DNA of 64,000 nucleotides from Polyangiaceae bacterium (GTDB lineage Bacteria; Myxococcota_A; Polyangia; Polyangiales; Polyangiaceae): NCBI GenBank assembly GCA_965222375.1, contig CBDCTZ010000011.1, positions 576,001 to 640,000 of the forward strand, read 5' to 3'. Shown piece by piece: positions 48,680 to 58,335 of this stretch (position 1 is its first letter; each line of letters starts with the position of its first letter). The notes under the pieces were generated by a model. It saw only the letters and a program-made list of their open reading frames with translations, ran no database searches and was not told where the DNA came from. The position numbers and the translations under genes were made by a program.

Positions 48680-49467
48680 AGGGCCTCCGCGAAGATGTCC
48701 GTGCCGGGTGCCAGGAGGTTCGGGATGATGGGCCGATTCAACCAGTGGGAGCCGCTCTCGACCACGTGAGTCAGAAACGTGTGCCGAATGTACTTGAAAC
48801 GAGCAAGCACTCGGTCGCCTTCTTCGACCTTGATGTACAGGCCCTCTGCGACAGGAGATGGATCCGTTTCGCGGCTCACCTGGTCAGCATCCAGCTTCAA
48901 GTCTGTGGCATGGGCGCTCAGCCGTTCGCGCCAGCCTTCGGACTTGTACACGGAGGGGAGGATCAACTTGGTCAGCTCCTCGACGCGTTTGAAGCAGCCT
49001 TGCTCCAATACGGGAACCGAGGCGATGGGAAGGTCGCTGGTGAGCTCACGGCGCGCAGCCGTAGACAGAAACTGGTCCGTGTCACGGTCGAGAACGTCGA
49101 ACTCCATGAAGTAGTGCGGTAGGGAGTCGTAGAAGATGGTGTGCTTGGCGTAGAGCCACTCGCCGTAGAGCACGAAGCGACTGCCCAGGGCGATGCGCAG
49201 TGCCGATTGATGCGCGCTGGCCCAGGTCTTGAACACAGCGAAGTGTTTCTCTCGAGGGCCACCGGTCAGATAGTGACCCCGGCTCTGCAGGAGCAAGCTG
49301 CCGTCCTCGGCAAAGGAGATCGCCGCATTGGCGCCGTCGAGCTTCTCTTCTACGACAAGGTGCTTCCCGGCAATCCTCGCGAAAGGCACCGCGTCCAAGT
49401 CTTCGTCCCCGGGCTGAAGTCGAGAGCCAACCAAGTGAGGCGTTCGCGGATACTTCTCGATGCGCAT
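48676..49467 (-). CDS. ATP-dependent RNA ligase family protein
   Basis: KYPRTPHL, motif I EEKLDGAN, LYGEW, FMEFD, EGLYIK, RFKYIR. Confidence 0.88.
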   Translation of the reverse strand: MRIEKYPRTPHLVGSRLQPGDEDLDAVPFARIAGKHLVVEEKLDGANAAISFAEDGSLLLQSRGHYLTGGPREKHFAVFKTWASAHQSALRIALGSRFVLYGEWLYAKHTIFYDSLPHYFMEFDVLDRDTDQFLSTAARRELTSDLPIASVPVLEQGCFKRVEELTKLILPSVYKSEGWRERLSAHATDLKLDADQVSRETDPSPVAEGLYIKVEEGDRVLARFKYIRHTFLTHVVESGSHWLNRPIIPNLLAPGTDIFAEAL

Positions 49468-49470
49468 GGC

Positions 49471-50127
49471 TCAGACCCGGGCGACCGCGACCATATGACC
49501 CAAGACGAACTCGACGTTTACCCGAGCTGCGCCAGCTCCCAGGAGCAGCTCGCTCAGGGAGTCCTTGGTGAAGAGGTGAATGTGCTCGGGGTTTTCGTCA
49601 GCTTTGGAGGGGACGGACACGACCACGAAGCGCTCCGCCACCCGCAGCGCTTCTGCGGCGGCGGCCTGGGTGTCGGGGATGTGTTCCAAGACTTCCAAGG
49701 CACAGACCAAGTCGAACTGTGCGTCATCGAAGGGTAGGGCGCAGAGGTCAGCCTGCTTGGCTCCCAATCGAGAAAGTCCGCCGCGGCTGACGGCGTGCAA
49801 GTCTGCCGCGCGATCCTCCCGCCTGTCGATGCTGGTGACCGAGAGCGAAGGGAAAGCGTCCAGCAGCGGCCACAGGAACGTGCCTTTGCCGCTTCCGACA
49901 TCGAGCAAGGACTGCGGAGCAAGTCCTTTCAAGATCCCGATGACGCGTCGAACTCGAGGCAGGTCTAGCGTGCGCTTGAACTTGTGCAGCCGAAGCCCGG
50001 CGGCCAGGCCCGCCTCGATCGCCTCGGCTTCGGACACGGCTGCGTCCAGATCGAGACGGCCGCGGCAGTACGCGCTCGCGAAGAGAGTGAAGTAGCGCTG
50101 GTTGAAGTCGTCGTGATCGAATGACAT
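49471..50127 (-). CDS. Class I SAM-dependent methyltransferase
   Basis: LLDVGSGKG, FDLVCALEVLEHI, NPEHIHLF. Confidence 0.9.
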   Translation of the reverse strand: MSFDHDDFNQRYFTLFASAYCRGRLDLDAAVSEAEAIEAGLAAGLRLHKFKRTLDLPRVRRVIGILKGLAPQSLLDVGSGKGTFLWPLLDAFPSLSVTSIDRREDRAADLHAVSRGGLSRLGAKQADLCALPFDDAQFDLVCALEVLEHIPDTQAAAAEALRVAERFVVVSVPSKADENPEHIHLFTKDSLSELLLGAGAARVNVEFVLGHMVAVARV

Positions 50128-50634
50128 CGGGCACCGTTGGTTCCGCCGCCGAGTAGGCCCCTAACGCGTCGCGATGAAAGGGCTGCCCTTGCATCACGAC
50201 GATGTTTCATTATACTCGCGACCTTAAGGTGAACGAGATGACTCGCGAACTACCCCTCATGCATTCGGTCGCGCCCCAGGGCGCGCGGGGCGGATCGCTT
50301 TGTGTTGTCGACTCCCTTCGAGGGCGCGGGCGCAGCGACTACGCCTGCCTGTGCGTCTGGCCAGCCTCGCTCTGAGCCGCGGTTGCGGCTCCGGGTTGCC
50401 CCCATTCGTCGCTAGATTGCGGCGTTTTGTCGGCTAATTCGAGCGCTGCCGCGGTTTTCGATGTTCGAGCTGCCACGCCTCGCTTCGGTCCGTTTTCGGA
50501 TTCGATGCATGCGCGTGGTCGCCACTCTCTTTGCGTGCGCCATCGGTCCCGCTTCGACAACACCCGTAGCGGTGGGAATCGATGGGTCTCGCACGCCCAG
50601 GAGGAGTTTGTCCTCCGTAGCCGGGAGAATCGTC

Positions 50635-52689
50635 ATGACCCGGACATGTCGCATCAATCAAGTTCGCAACTTTGGAATCATTGCCCACGTCGACGCGGGC
50701 AAAACCACCCTCACGGAACGTTTGCTCTTCGCCACCGGCTCACTGCACCGGATGGGAGAGGTCCATCATGGATCGACGACCACGGATTCGGATGAGCTGG
50801 AGCAACAAAAGGGCATCACCATCAACTCGGCGACCGTGACCTGCCATTGGCGGGATCACGAGATCCATCTGATCGACACGCCGGGTCACATCGACTTCAA
50901 CGCCGATGTGGAGCTTTCCCTCTCCGTTCTCGATGGTGCGGTGGTGTTGCTCGATGGCGTCGCTGGTGTCGAGTCTCAGACCGAGGCTGTTTGGCATCAG
51001 GCCGACCGGTATGCCTTGCCGCGCATCTGCTTCGTCAACAAGTTGGACCGAGCAGGAGCCAGCTTCGAGCGCTGTGTCGACTCGATGGTCGAACGCCTGG
51101 GCGCCGCGGTGGCGGTCATCGCGTTGCCGTTGGGTTCCGAGTCCGAATTCTACGGTCTCGTGGATCTCGTGGCCGAGCGGGCCTACGCTTGGCGCGTCGA
51201 GGGTGAGCTGTCTCATGAAGAGGTGGCGATACCCGCCGACATGCGAGGCGAAGTCCGAGCAGCGCGAAGCCGCTTGGTGGAGCAATGCGCCGACTTCGAC
51301 GACGAGCTCGCCGAGGCGTTCTTGGCGGACCAGTCCGTCGCGCCCGAACTCCTGAGCCGGGCGCTTCGACGCGCAACCCTCGAACGCAAGCTGGTCCCCA
51401 CCTCGTGTGGATCCGCCTACAAGAAGCGCGGCGTGCAGCAATTGCTGGATGCTCTGGTTGCTTACCTCCCCGCCCCTACCGATCGGTTGTCCATAACCGA
51501 TGAGGCTGGTGTCGTGCATGCGGTCTCGGAAGAGGAGGCCTTTGCGGCACTGGCGTTCAAGGTCATCCACGATGGCTTTGGTCAGCTGACCCTGCTTCGG
51601 GTGTTTTCTGGAACCCTGAAGAAGGGTGACCGCGTGCTCAACACGCGCAGTGGTAAGACCGAACGAGTCGGTCGATTGGTTCGGGTCTTCGCCAACCGCC
51701 GAGAGCCGATGGCGCTAGCCAGTGCTGGCGACATCATCGGACTGATCGGCGTCGACGTAGCGCCGAGCGACACCCTGTGTGATCCACAGCGGCGGCTCAC
51801 GCTCTCGCGGGCGCGATTGCCGAAGCCTGTGGTGCGTTTGGCCATCGAGCCCAAGACACGGGCTGACCATGAGCGGCTCGGTCCGGCCCTTGCCAAGCTC
51901 TTGAGCGCAGATCCTTCTCTGTGCAAAGAGAGCGACCGCGAAACCGGCCAGACCTTGCTAGCGGGTCTCGGTGAGCTGCACCTCGAGGTGGCTGTCGAGA
52001 ACCTGCGAACGAAGCATCGCTGCGAAGTACGAGTTGGAAAGCCTCGTGTCGCCTATCACGAGGCGCTGCGACAGGAAGTGAAACATGCATACAAATACAG
52101 CAAACAGACTGGCGGCCCCGGGCAGTTCGCTCATGTCGTTCTAGTCGTCGCACCGTCCGACGCGGGTTCAGGGCTGATCTTCGAGGATGAGATCCGCGGA
52201 GGCGCCATCCCTGCGGAGTTCATCGCCGGGGTTCGGCAAGGTGTCGAAGAGGCCATGAACATCGGCGTGTTGGGAGGATTCCCCATCGTTGATGCTCGTG
52301 TGCGTCTCGTGGATGGCTCGACGCACGTGAACGACTCGAGCGAGCTTTCGTTCAAGATCGCAGCACGCAAGTGCTTCACGGAAGCCGCCAACCTAGCCAG
52401 CCCTCACCTCCTCGAACCTGTGATGCGGGTCGAGGTGTCGACGCCGCCCGAAGCACTGGGTGACGTCATGGGTGACCTGGGTGCTCGCCGAGGCAAAGTC
52501 ACGAGCCTTGGCGAAGTCGGCGTTCGACGTATCGTCGTCGCGGGCGTTCCCCTTGCCGAGATGTTCGGCTACGCCGGCGCGCTCCGGTCTCTGTCTTCTG
52601 GGCGAGGGACCTTCAGCATGGAATTCGAAACGTATCAGGCCGTTCCGGAAACCGTGGCCGCGCGCGTACTGAAAAAAAACGCAGCCTGA
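50635..52689 (+). CDS. fusA: Elongation factor G, stand-alone divergent paralog
   Basis: AHVDAGKTT, KGITI, DTPGH, NKLD, KQTGGPGQF, LLEP; not in an rpsL-rpsG-tuf context. Confidence 0.93.
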   Translation: MTRTCRINQVRNFGIIAHVDAGKTTLTERLLFATGSLHRMGEVHHGSTTTDSDELEQQKGITINSATVTCHWRDHEIHLIDTPGHIDFNADVELSLSVLDGAVVLLDGVAGVESQTEAVWHQADRYALPRICFVNKLDRAGASFERCVDSMVERLGAAVAVIALPLGSESEFYGLVDLVAERAYAWRVEGELSHEEVAIPADMRGEVRAARSRLVEQCADFDDELAEAFLADQSVAPELLSRALRRATLERKLVPTSCGSAYKKRGVQQLLDALVAYLPAPTDRLSITDEAGVVHAVSEEEAFAALAFKVIHDGFGQLTLLRVFSGTLKKGDRVLNTRSGKTERVGRLVRVFANRREPMALASAGDIIGLIGVDVAPSDTLCDPQRRLTLSRARLPKPVVRLAIEPKTRADHERLGPALAKLLSADPSLCKESDRETGQTLLAGLGELHLEVAVENLRTKHRCEVRVGKPRVAYHEALRQEVKHAYKYSKQTGGPGQFAHVVLVVAPSDAGSGLIFEDEIRGGAIPAEFIAGVRQGVEEAMNIGVLGGFPIVDARVRLVDGSTHVNDSSELSFKIAARKCFTEAANLASPHLLEPVMRVEVSTPPEALGDVMGDLGARRGKVTSLGEVGVRRIVVAGVPLAEMFGYAGALRSLSSGRGTFSMEFETYQAVPETVAARVLKKNAA

Positions 52690-52695
52690 ACTCGT

Positions 52696-52727
52696 GCCGT
52701 CCCTCGGGAACCAACGCGGGGGACGGC
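52696..52727. terminator. Hairpin after the EF-G paralog
   Basis: GCCGTCCC ... GGGACGGC inverted repeat right after the stop. Confidence 0.55.
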
Positions 52728-52944
52728 GCTCTTCATCGCGATTCGTAGTTTGGTTTGGGGTCGAGCGATGGGTCGGCGAGGGCCACTACTCCCGAACCGG
52801 GCCTCGGGTTGTCGCCGCGGGTGTGGAAGCTGACCAGGTGGCGAGAGCCGCACCCCGAGCCGCCTAGCTACCGCTACCCGTACACTTGAGAGGCGCGCCA
52901 CTCAGATCGGTGTTCCCGTCGCAGGTGTGGCCGCCGGGTCGCGG

Positions 52945-54093
52945 TCAGCAGTTGGAGCAGCAGTCACCGAACTGCGCGCAACTCGGGTCGCAGTAGCAGG
53001 CGCCGCCACCTCCACCGCCGCCGCCGGCGCCGCTCCCGCCACTCCCGCTCGCGTTGCCACTTCCACCACCACCGCCGCTGCCATTGGGGCAACTGGCGCA
53101 GCAGTCACCCGCCGCAACGCACTCCGAATCGCAGAAACACTGTCCACCGCCAGCACCCGATCCGCCGCTGCCGCTCGCGTTGCCACTGCCGCCGCTGCCG
53201 CCGCTGCCGCCGCTGCTGCTGCCACCCGTGCCGTTCGGACAGCTGGCGCAGCAGTCGCCGGCCGCGACGCACTCGGAGTCACAGAAACATTGCCCGCCGC
53301 TTCCGCCACTTCCGCTAGCGTTGCCGCTGCCGCCGCTACCGCTCACGTTACCACTGCCCCCACTTCCGCTCGCGTTGCCACTGCCGCCGCTGCCGCCGCC
53401 GCTACTGCCCCCGGTTCCACCCGGGCAACTCGCGCAACAGTCGCCGTTGCTCGAACACTCGGCGTCGCAGAAGCACTCGCCGCCTGTCGAGCCGCCCGTT
53501 CCGCTTCCTGTTCCGGTTCCCGCGCCGAACTTGGTGGCGCGGATGGCGTGATAGCCGCCCGACACGAGGGAGCTGGTTGTGCGCGCCCGGAACTGCATGT
53601 CGTCCTTGGTGCTCGCCTGTTCCAGCACACACGCTTCGGTCTTGGCCGCATCGTTCCAGCCGACGAACATCACGATATGCCCAGAGCCGCCTTTGCGATA
53701 GACCATCGCGTCGGCAGGGACGAGGTCGTCGAAGCTCGCCAAACTCGTCCAGTCGCCAGTGTCTTTGATGAAGTTGGCCGTCGTGTAGGACGTTCCGAGC
53801 TGCCAGCACATTGATACGAAACCCGAGCAGTCCGTGCGATAGCTGTCGTATTGACTGCTTTGGCTGTAAGGTACTTTCGCATCGTACCAGGCGAAGCCGC
53901 GCTCAATCGCCGTGCGCCTGCCACCGCTGACGCTCGAGAGGATTTCGCTGCGAGACAGCGTGCAGCCGACTTTGAGTCCTTGCCCGCTTATGTCGCCTCG
54001 GTCGCCCACGATGGGCGGGGGCGTCGTGTCGACGCCGCAGCCTGCGGTCACAGCAGTTAGTACGAGGACGAGGGATGCTCTGAAAGTGTTCAT
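52945..54093 (-). CDS. NlpC/P60-like peptidoglycan hydrolase lipoprotein with four somatomedin-B-like Cys repeats
   Basis: TAGC lipobox; YRTDCSGFVSMCW and GHIVMF; 4x C(F/Y)CD..C...GDCC..C separated by Gly/Ser linkers. Confidence 0.85.
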   Translation of the reverse strand: MNTFRASLVLVLTAVTAGCGVDTTPPPIVGDRGDISGQGLKVGCTLSRSEILSSVSGGRRTAIERGFAWYDAKVPYSQSSQYDSYRTDCSGFVSMCWQLGTSYTTANFIKDTGDWTSLASFDDLVPADAMVYRKGGSGHIVMFVGWNDAAKTEACVLEQASTKDDMQFRARTTSSLVSGGYHAIRATKFGAGTGTGSGTGGSTGGECFCDAECSSNGDCCASCPGGTGGSSGGGSGGSGNASGSGGSGNVSGSGGSGNASGSGGSGGQCFCDSECVAAGDCCASCPNGTGGSSSGGSGGSGGSGNASGSGGSGAGGGQCFCDSECVAAGDCCASCPNGSGGGGGSGNASGSGGSGAGGGGGGGGACYCDPSCAQFGDCCSNC

Positions 54094-54105
54094 GTTGAGC
54101 ACTTT

Positions 54106-54121
54106 TGCAATCGGCATGCCG
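54106..54121 (-). promoter_or_regulatory. Sigma54 promoter
   Basis: Minus strand CGGCATGCCGATTGCA = GG-N10-GC just upstream of ATG 54093. Confidence 0.65.
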
Positions 54122-54261
54122 CTGCGTTTCGTCGCTAGTCCTGGGGGTAACCCGCGCAATGAGGCTGCTGCGTCCGGATCCGCCCCTTGGTTCGTCTGGA
54201 CGACCCCGGCGCGCGGGGTTCGGACACGCTGCTTGGTTTGGCGGCGTGGTACCGTGTTGGC

Positions 54262-55158
54262 ATGCGTGGCGTCGTCGCAGTGAGCGTCGTTCTGATTGCG
54301 GGTGCCTGCGGGACCGACAGCGACTCGGGTGGCGCGGGCAGGGCGGCGGCAGGAGGCAGCGGTGCAAGCCAGGCCGACGCGAGCACTGGGGGAAAAGCGG
54401 GAGCGGCTGCGAGTGCAGGTAGCAGCGGTTCAGGAGGCATGGGCGCAACGTCGGGCAGCTCGGGTACCGGGGGCGCCGCGGGAAGTAGTGGATCGGCAGG
54501 TAGTGGCGCTACCGATTCTGGGACCGAGGCAGGAGCCGATGCCGCCTTGGACGCAACGCCTGACGCAACCGACGCAACCACAGATGCGACGTCTGACGCT
54601 GGGGACGGTGCTGCTCCGATCAGTTGCCCTAAGAACACTCCGGTGGAACTCGCCACCGCTGCCCTCCCTTGGGACATTGCGATTGACGATACCCACGTGT
54701 ATTGGGTCACAACCACCTCCGCCGGGAGTGTGCAGCGTGTTGCGAAAGGCGGCGGCACGGTGCAGACCTTGGCGGCAAACCTCGCGTATCCGCGCTCCAT
54801 CTTCGTGGACGGAAGCAACGTCTACTACGGCGTCGACGGCTCCTTGACGGGTTCACCAGCTGGTGCGGTCTACCGCGTCGCTAAGGGCGGGGGCCCCTCT
54901 GTTCCCCTAGTGGCTGATGGTGGTCGTCATCAGGGCGTCGTCGCCGACGCGACTCACGTGTATTGGACCGAGTTTGACAAAGATCTGGTTCGACGGGTTT
55001 CGCTCGGCGGCGGAAGCGTAGAGGACTTCTCGACGACAGCGAAACGCCCTGCTCAAGTCGCCCTCGACGGAAGTCATGTGTATTGGACGACCTTTGACGG
55101 CGGGCGAATAGAGAAACAACCAAAGTCCGGTGGCACGCTGAACTCCCACAGCTCGTGA
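54262..55158 (+). CDS. Lipoprotein with beta-propeller repeats, possibly 3'-truncated
   Basis: AGAC lipobox; four D..(H/N)VY(W/Y) blades, then an abrupt end. Confidence 0.7.
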   Translation: MRGVVAVSVVLIAGACGTDSDSGGAGRAAAGGSGASQADASTGGKAGAAASAGSSGSGGMGATSGSSGTGGAAGSSGSAGSGATDSGTEAGADAALDATPDATDATTDATSDAGDGAAPISCPKNTPVELATAALPWDIAIDDTHVYWVTTTSAGSVQRVAKGGGTVQTLAANLAYPRSIFVDGSNVYYGVDGSLTGSPAGAVYRVAKGGGPSVPLVADGGRHQGVVADATHVYWTEFDKDLVRRVSLGGGSVEDFSTTAKRPAQVALDGSHVYWTTFDGGRIEKQPKSGGTLNSHSS

Positions 55159-55203
55159 GCACAACTGCCGCCCAAGCCGAGAGTATTGCAGTCAATAGCA
55201 GTG

Positions 55204-55881
55204 CTAGGCGAGAATTCGTTCGGGAGCTCGCGACTTGATGAAGGTACCGAAATCGTCGAGCCAGCCACTCTGCTGAATCGACGGACGCTCCTTGCACCGA
55301 GCGATGTAGCCAGCGAGCTGAGGTGTGTGCTTGGCGTAGTCGTAGCCCAGAACTTCGAAGTGCAGCAGTAACGGAAAGACGGCAATGTCGGCGAGAGTGA
55401 ACTGATCGCCGGCCAGGAAAGTCTGCTTGCCTAGATAGGTGTCCCAGCGAGGCAGCTCTTCCAGCAACGCATCGACTCGGTTGCCCAGCTCCGCCCGCCC
55501 CTTCTTGGCAAACACGACCGAGCCGAAGATGTTCTTGGGATCGAGCTTGGCTTGGAACTCCTCGATGCGCATCGACGCCTGCGCTCTCCGGCGCGGCTCG
55601 CTGACTGGCGGCATCAGCGGGGGCTCGGGGTAGATATCGTCGATGAAACGAATGGTGGCGATGCTTTCGTAGACCACGATTCGGTCGTCGCCTTCGCCAT
55701 GGACCAGCGTTGGCGCTTGCTGCCGCGGAGTCAGATCCGATAGGGGCGGTTGCTTGTGCTCACCCTTCATCAAGTCCACCGCGATCTTCTCGTAGCGGAG
55801 GCCCTTTTCGCGGAGCGCGATTTCCGGTCGAACCGCGTTTTGCGATGGCAAGAATGAGTAGAGTTGGATCTTCGCCGGCAT
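55204..55881 (-). CDS. Glutathione S-transferase family protein
   Basis: EKGLRYE, PRQQAPTL, YESIATIRFID, FLAGDQFTLADIA. Confidence 0.92.
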   Translation of the reverse strand: MPAKIQLYSFLPSQNAVRPEIALREKGLRYEKIAVDLMKGEHKQPPLSDLTPRQQAPTLVHGEGDDRIVVYESIATIRFIDDIYPEPPLMPPVSEPRRRAQASMRIEEFQAKLDPKNIFGSVVFAKKGRAELGNRVDALLEELPRWDTYLGKQTFLAGDQFTLADIAVFPLLLHFEVLGYDYAKHTPQLAGYIARCKERPSIQQSGWLDDFGTFIKSRAPERILA

Positions 55882-56455
55882 CCCCGGCGCATAGCGCAGT
55901 TGGGCGCTAGTTGCCGCTGAACACCCGGCGCCCTCGCGTCGGGACTCGCAGAAGGGTGTCTGGAAACGTGATGCTCGAACGTTTCCTTAGGGTAGAGTTT
56001 CGAAGGGATTGTCCACGCCGCAGTCTTTCTTAGCGTCGGCCTCGTTCCATGCGAAGGCGCCTGTCGAGTAGCAGTTCGTGATCGACTCGCCAACGGAGCC
56101 TGGGCCGCGGGTGCACTTGGCAATCGCGCCTCGAGTTGACACTCACCGCCTTCCAGCGGCCAGCCCAACCTCTACGTGATTACGAACAAGAGTAACGCGA
56201 CGATTCCGGAGCTCTCCGCTCTTGGGCTAGCGCTGCCCTCCGAGGCTGGCTACCGCTGGCAAGTTCTTGGGGTCGGCGGCTTCACGGACACCGACAGCAC
56301 GGCTGGCCAGAATGGCGTGTTTGACGCCATCGACTACAACTCGTCTCGTCGTAAACGCCTATCGGTGTGGCGAAACTACGGCATCTCCGGGATTCGCAAT
56401 TCACGACCGCCAATAGCGCCCGGCCTTTGGCGCGGTGACGGATCGCTGCTCCCTG

Positions 56456-57385
56456 TCATGCGCTCTGAAGTGCGTCGCGTCGGGCAGCGCCCGGCCCGAC
56501 GCCAAACACCCGCTTGAACGCTTTCGCGAAAGCCCACTCGGATTCGTAGCCCACTGCTTCCGCGATGTCGGCCAGGGTGCGCTGGGTCTCGACCAAGAGA
56601 TCGCGGGCGCGCTGCATGCGCCATAGCTGCACGTAGCGCATGGGGCTCAGCCCGACGCGTGCATTGAAGCGTTCCGAGAGCACCGTTTTCGACACGCCAC
56701 CTCGGCTCGCGAGTTCCAGCAGGCTCCAGGGGTAGGCGGGCTCGGCGTGGATGCCGCCGAGCACCTTGGCCAGCATCGGATCCCCCAAGGCAGCGAGGAA
56801 GCCTGGGGCTGGTGTTTCTGACGCGGTGTAGGCGCGAAGCAGTTGAATCAAGAGAACCTCAGCGAGCCGATCGACGACGGCCGTGGAGCCTTGTTGTGCG
56901 GATTGGGATTCCGCCGCTGCGAGCTCCGTGGCGGTGCGCATCCACTGGGGATCAGCCAAGTCCCCCGCGCGCAGGTGAATGAGTTCGGGGAGGGTCGATA
57001 GCAGTGGATGACTCGGCGATTCGTCGTGAGCGAAGTGTCCGCAGATCATGGACGTAGTCGTGCCCTCGCCTCCGAAGATCTTGCGGCCGTCTTCGCTGGC
57101 TCGCCCGGATGCCAAGAACTGCTCTGCGGGTTGTACCGCGCCGTCGGCGCTGTCGGCCAGGGAGTGACGGGCCCCGTGAGGAAACACGACTACGGACCCT
57201 GGATCCAATGACACGCCCTCGGGCTTGGCTTCACATCGAAGCCAGGCCTTTCCGCTCACCACGATGTGGAAGTTTGCCACCCTTGGTGGAGTGATTTCCA
57301 TGCCCCAAGGCGCGCAGAAGCGCGCGTGGAAATACACGGTTCCCCGTAGGTGGAGAGCGCGAAGTACGTCCGTCAGCACGTCCAT
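56456..57385 (-). CDS. AraC family regulator with cupin N-domain
   Basis: MDVLTDVL start, FHIVVSG, C-terminal IAEAVGYESEWAFAKAFKR. Confidence 0.94.
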   Translation of the reverse strand: MDVLTDVLRALHLRGTVYFHARFCAPWGMEITPPRVANFHIVVSGKAWLRCEAKPEGVSLDPGSVVVFPHGARHSLADSADGAVQPAEQFLASGRASEDGRKIFGGEGTTTSMICGHFAHDESPSHPLLSTLPELIHLRAGDLADPQWMRTATELAAAESQSAQQGSTAVVDRLAEVLLIQLLRAYTASETPAPGFLAALGDPMLAKVLGGIHAEPAYPWSLLELASRGGVSKTVLSERFNARVGLSPMRYVQLWRMQRARDLLVETQRTLADIAEAVGYESEWAFAKAFKRVFGVGPGAARRDALQSA

Positions 57386-57392
57386 GTTGCTG

Positions 57393-58220
57393 TCACTCTA
57401 ACGGCTGAAAGTCGAAGCTGGTTTCAGCATGGAAGTAGAAATTGCAGGGTTCTTCCGACACGCAGGTGGTGACGTGAGGCGTGCCCGCGGGCACGTGCCA
57501 ATAGGAGCCGGGCTCGAGGATGGGCGCGTCTTTCTCACCATTGTAGGGATTCGCCATGCGTCCGCTGATGACCACGGCGTGATAGGCGCCCGTATGGGTG
57601 TGCGAGGGCGACTCGCTCTGGGCCTTGAAAATGCCAAAGGTGCCGTGAGCGGCCTTGGCACGATCGCCCCAGGCGGTTGCCATTTGCACGAAGGGGGCGA
57701 TCTCTTCGAAAGCGAGCCCGGACTGGGGCGTTGCTGTGGCTTCGGCGGAGCGGGCCTCGGTGAGCTTGTCTACGGGAGCAAAGTCGAAGGCGGCACCGGA
57801 GTGGAAGTAGAAGACACAGGGCTCCGCTGAGATGCAGGCGGTCACGTGTTGCTCGCCGGCTGGCACGTACCAGTACGAGCCGGCAGCGAGTTCCGGTGGG
57901 CTGTCTTCGGTGCCGAAGGGGTTGGTCATCACGCCGGAAATCACGATGCCGTGATAGTCCTGGCCATGGGTGTGTGGCGGCGATTTCGCGCCGGCAGGAA
58001 AACGCCCGAAGGTGCCGTGGGCACCCTGTTCGCGATCGCCCCAGGCCGCCCCCATGTCGACGAACTCGGTGACCTTGGTCCAGGCCACGTCTTTCGCGAG
58101 GAGCACGGTGCCCGCGGGGTTTCCGCCGCTTGGCTTCTGGGCCGCGGGGGAGCTGGAGCTGCCGCATCCGACGAGGGCGGCGGCGGTTGTGAGTACGCAG
58201 AGCGAACGGTTCAGCTTCAT
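57393..58220 (-). CDS. Double cupin (DUF4437-like) lipoprotein
   Basis: LVGC lipobox; two copies of WGDR..AHGTFG.F....SP.HTH...YH..VISG.M.NP...GSYW.VPAG..HVT.C.S.EPC.FY. Confidence 0.85.
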   Translation of the reverse strand: MKLNRSLCVLTTAAALVGCGSSSSPAAQKPSGGNPAGTVLLAKDVAWTKVTEFVDMGAAWGDREQGAHGTFGRFPAGAKSPPHTHGQDYHGIVISGVMTNPFGTEDSPPELAAGSYWYVPAGEQHVTACISAEPCVFYFHSGAAFDFAPVDKLTEARSAEATATPQSGLAFEEIAPFVQMATAWGDRAKAAHGTFGIFKAQSESPSHTHTGAYHAVVISGRMANPYNGEKDAPILEPGSYWHVPAGTPHVTTCVSEEPCNFYFHAETSFDFQPLE

Positions 58221-58335
58221 GAGGATCTCCTTCATGAGAGCCAGCGTGGCCGCAGCGCGTGGCAACGACCATGCTCGACCTGTCGCATCTACTGTCCGTT
58301 CTTCCGCCAGCGCCCTCGGGCACGGACCCGCAGCC

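Noticed and set aside
50128..50634. tRNA or known riboswitch
   Set aside because: No cloverleaf with T-loop or recognisable aptamer consensus; only hairpins.
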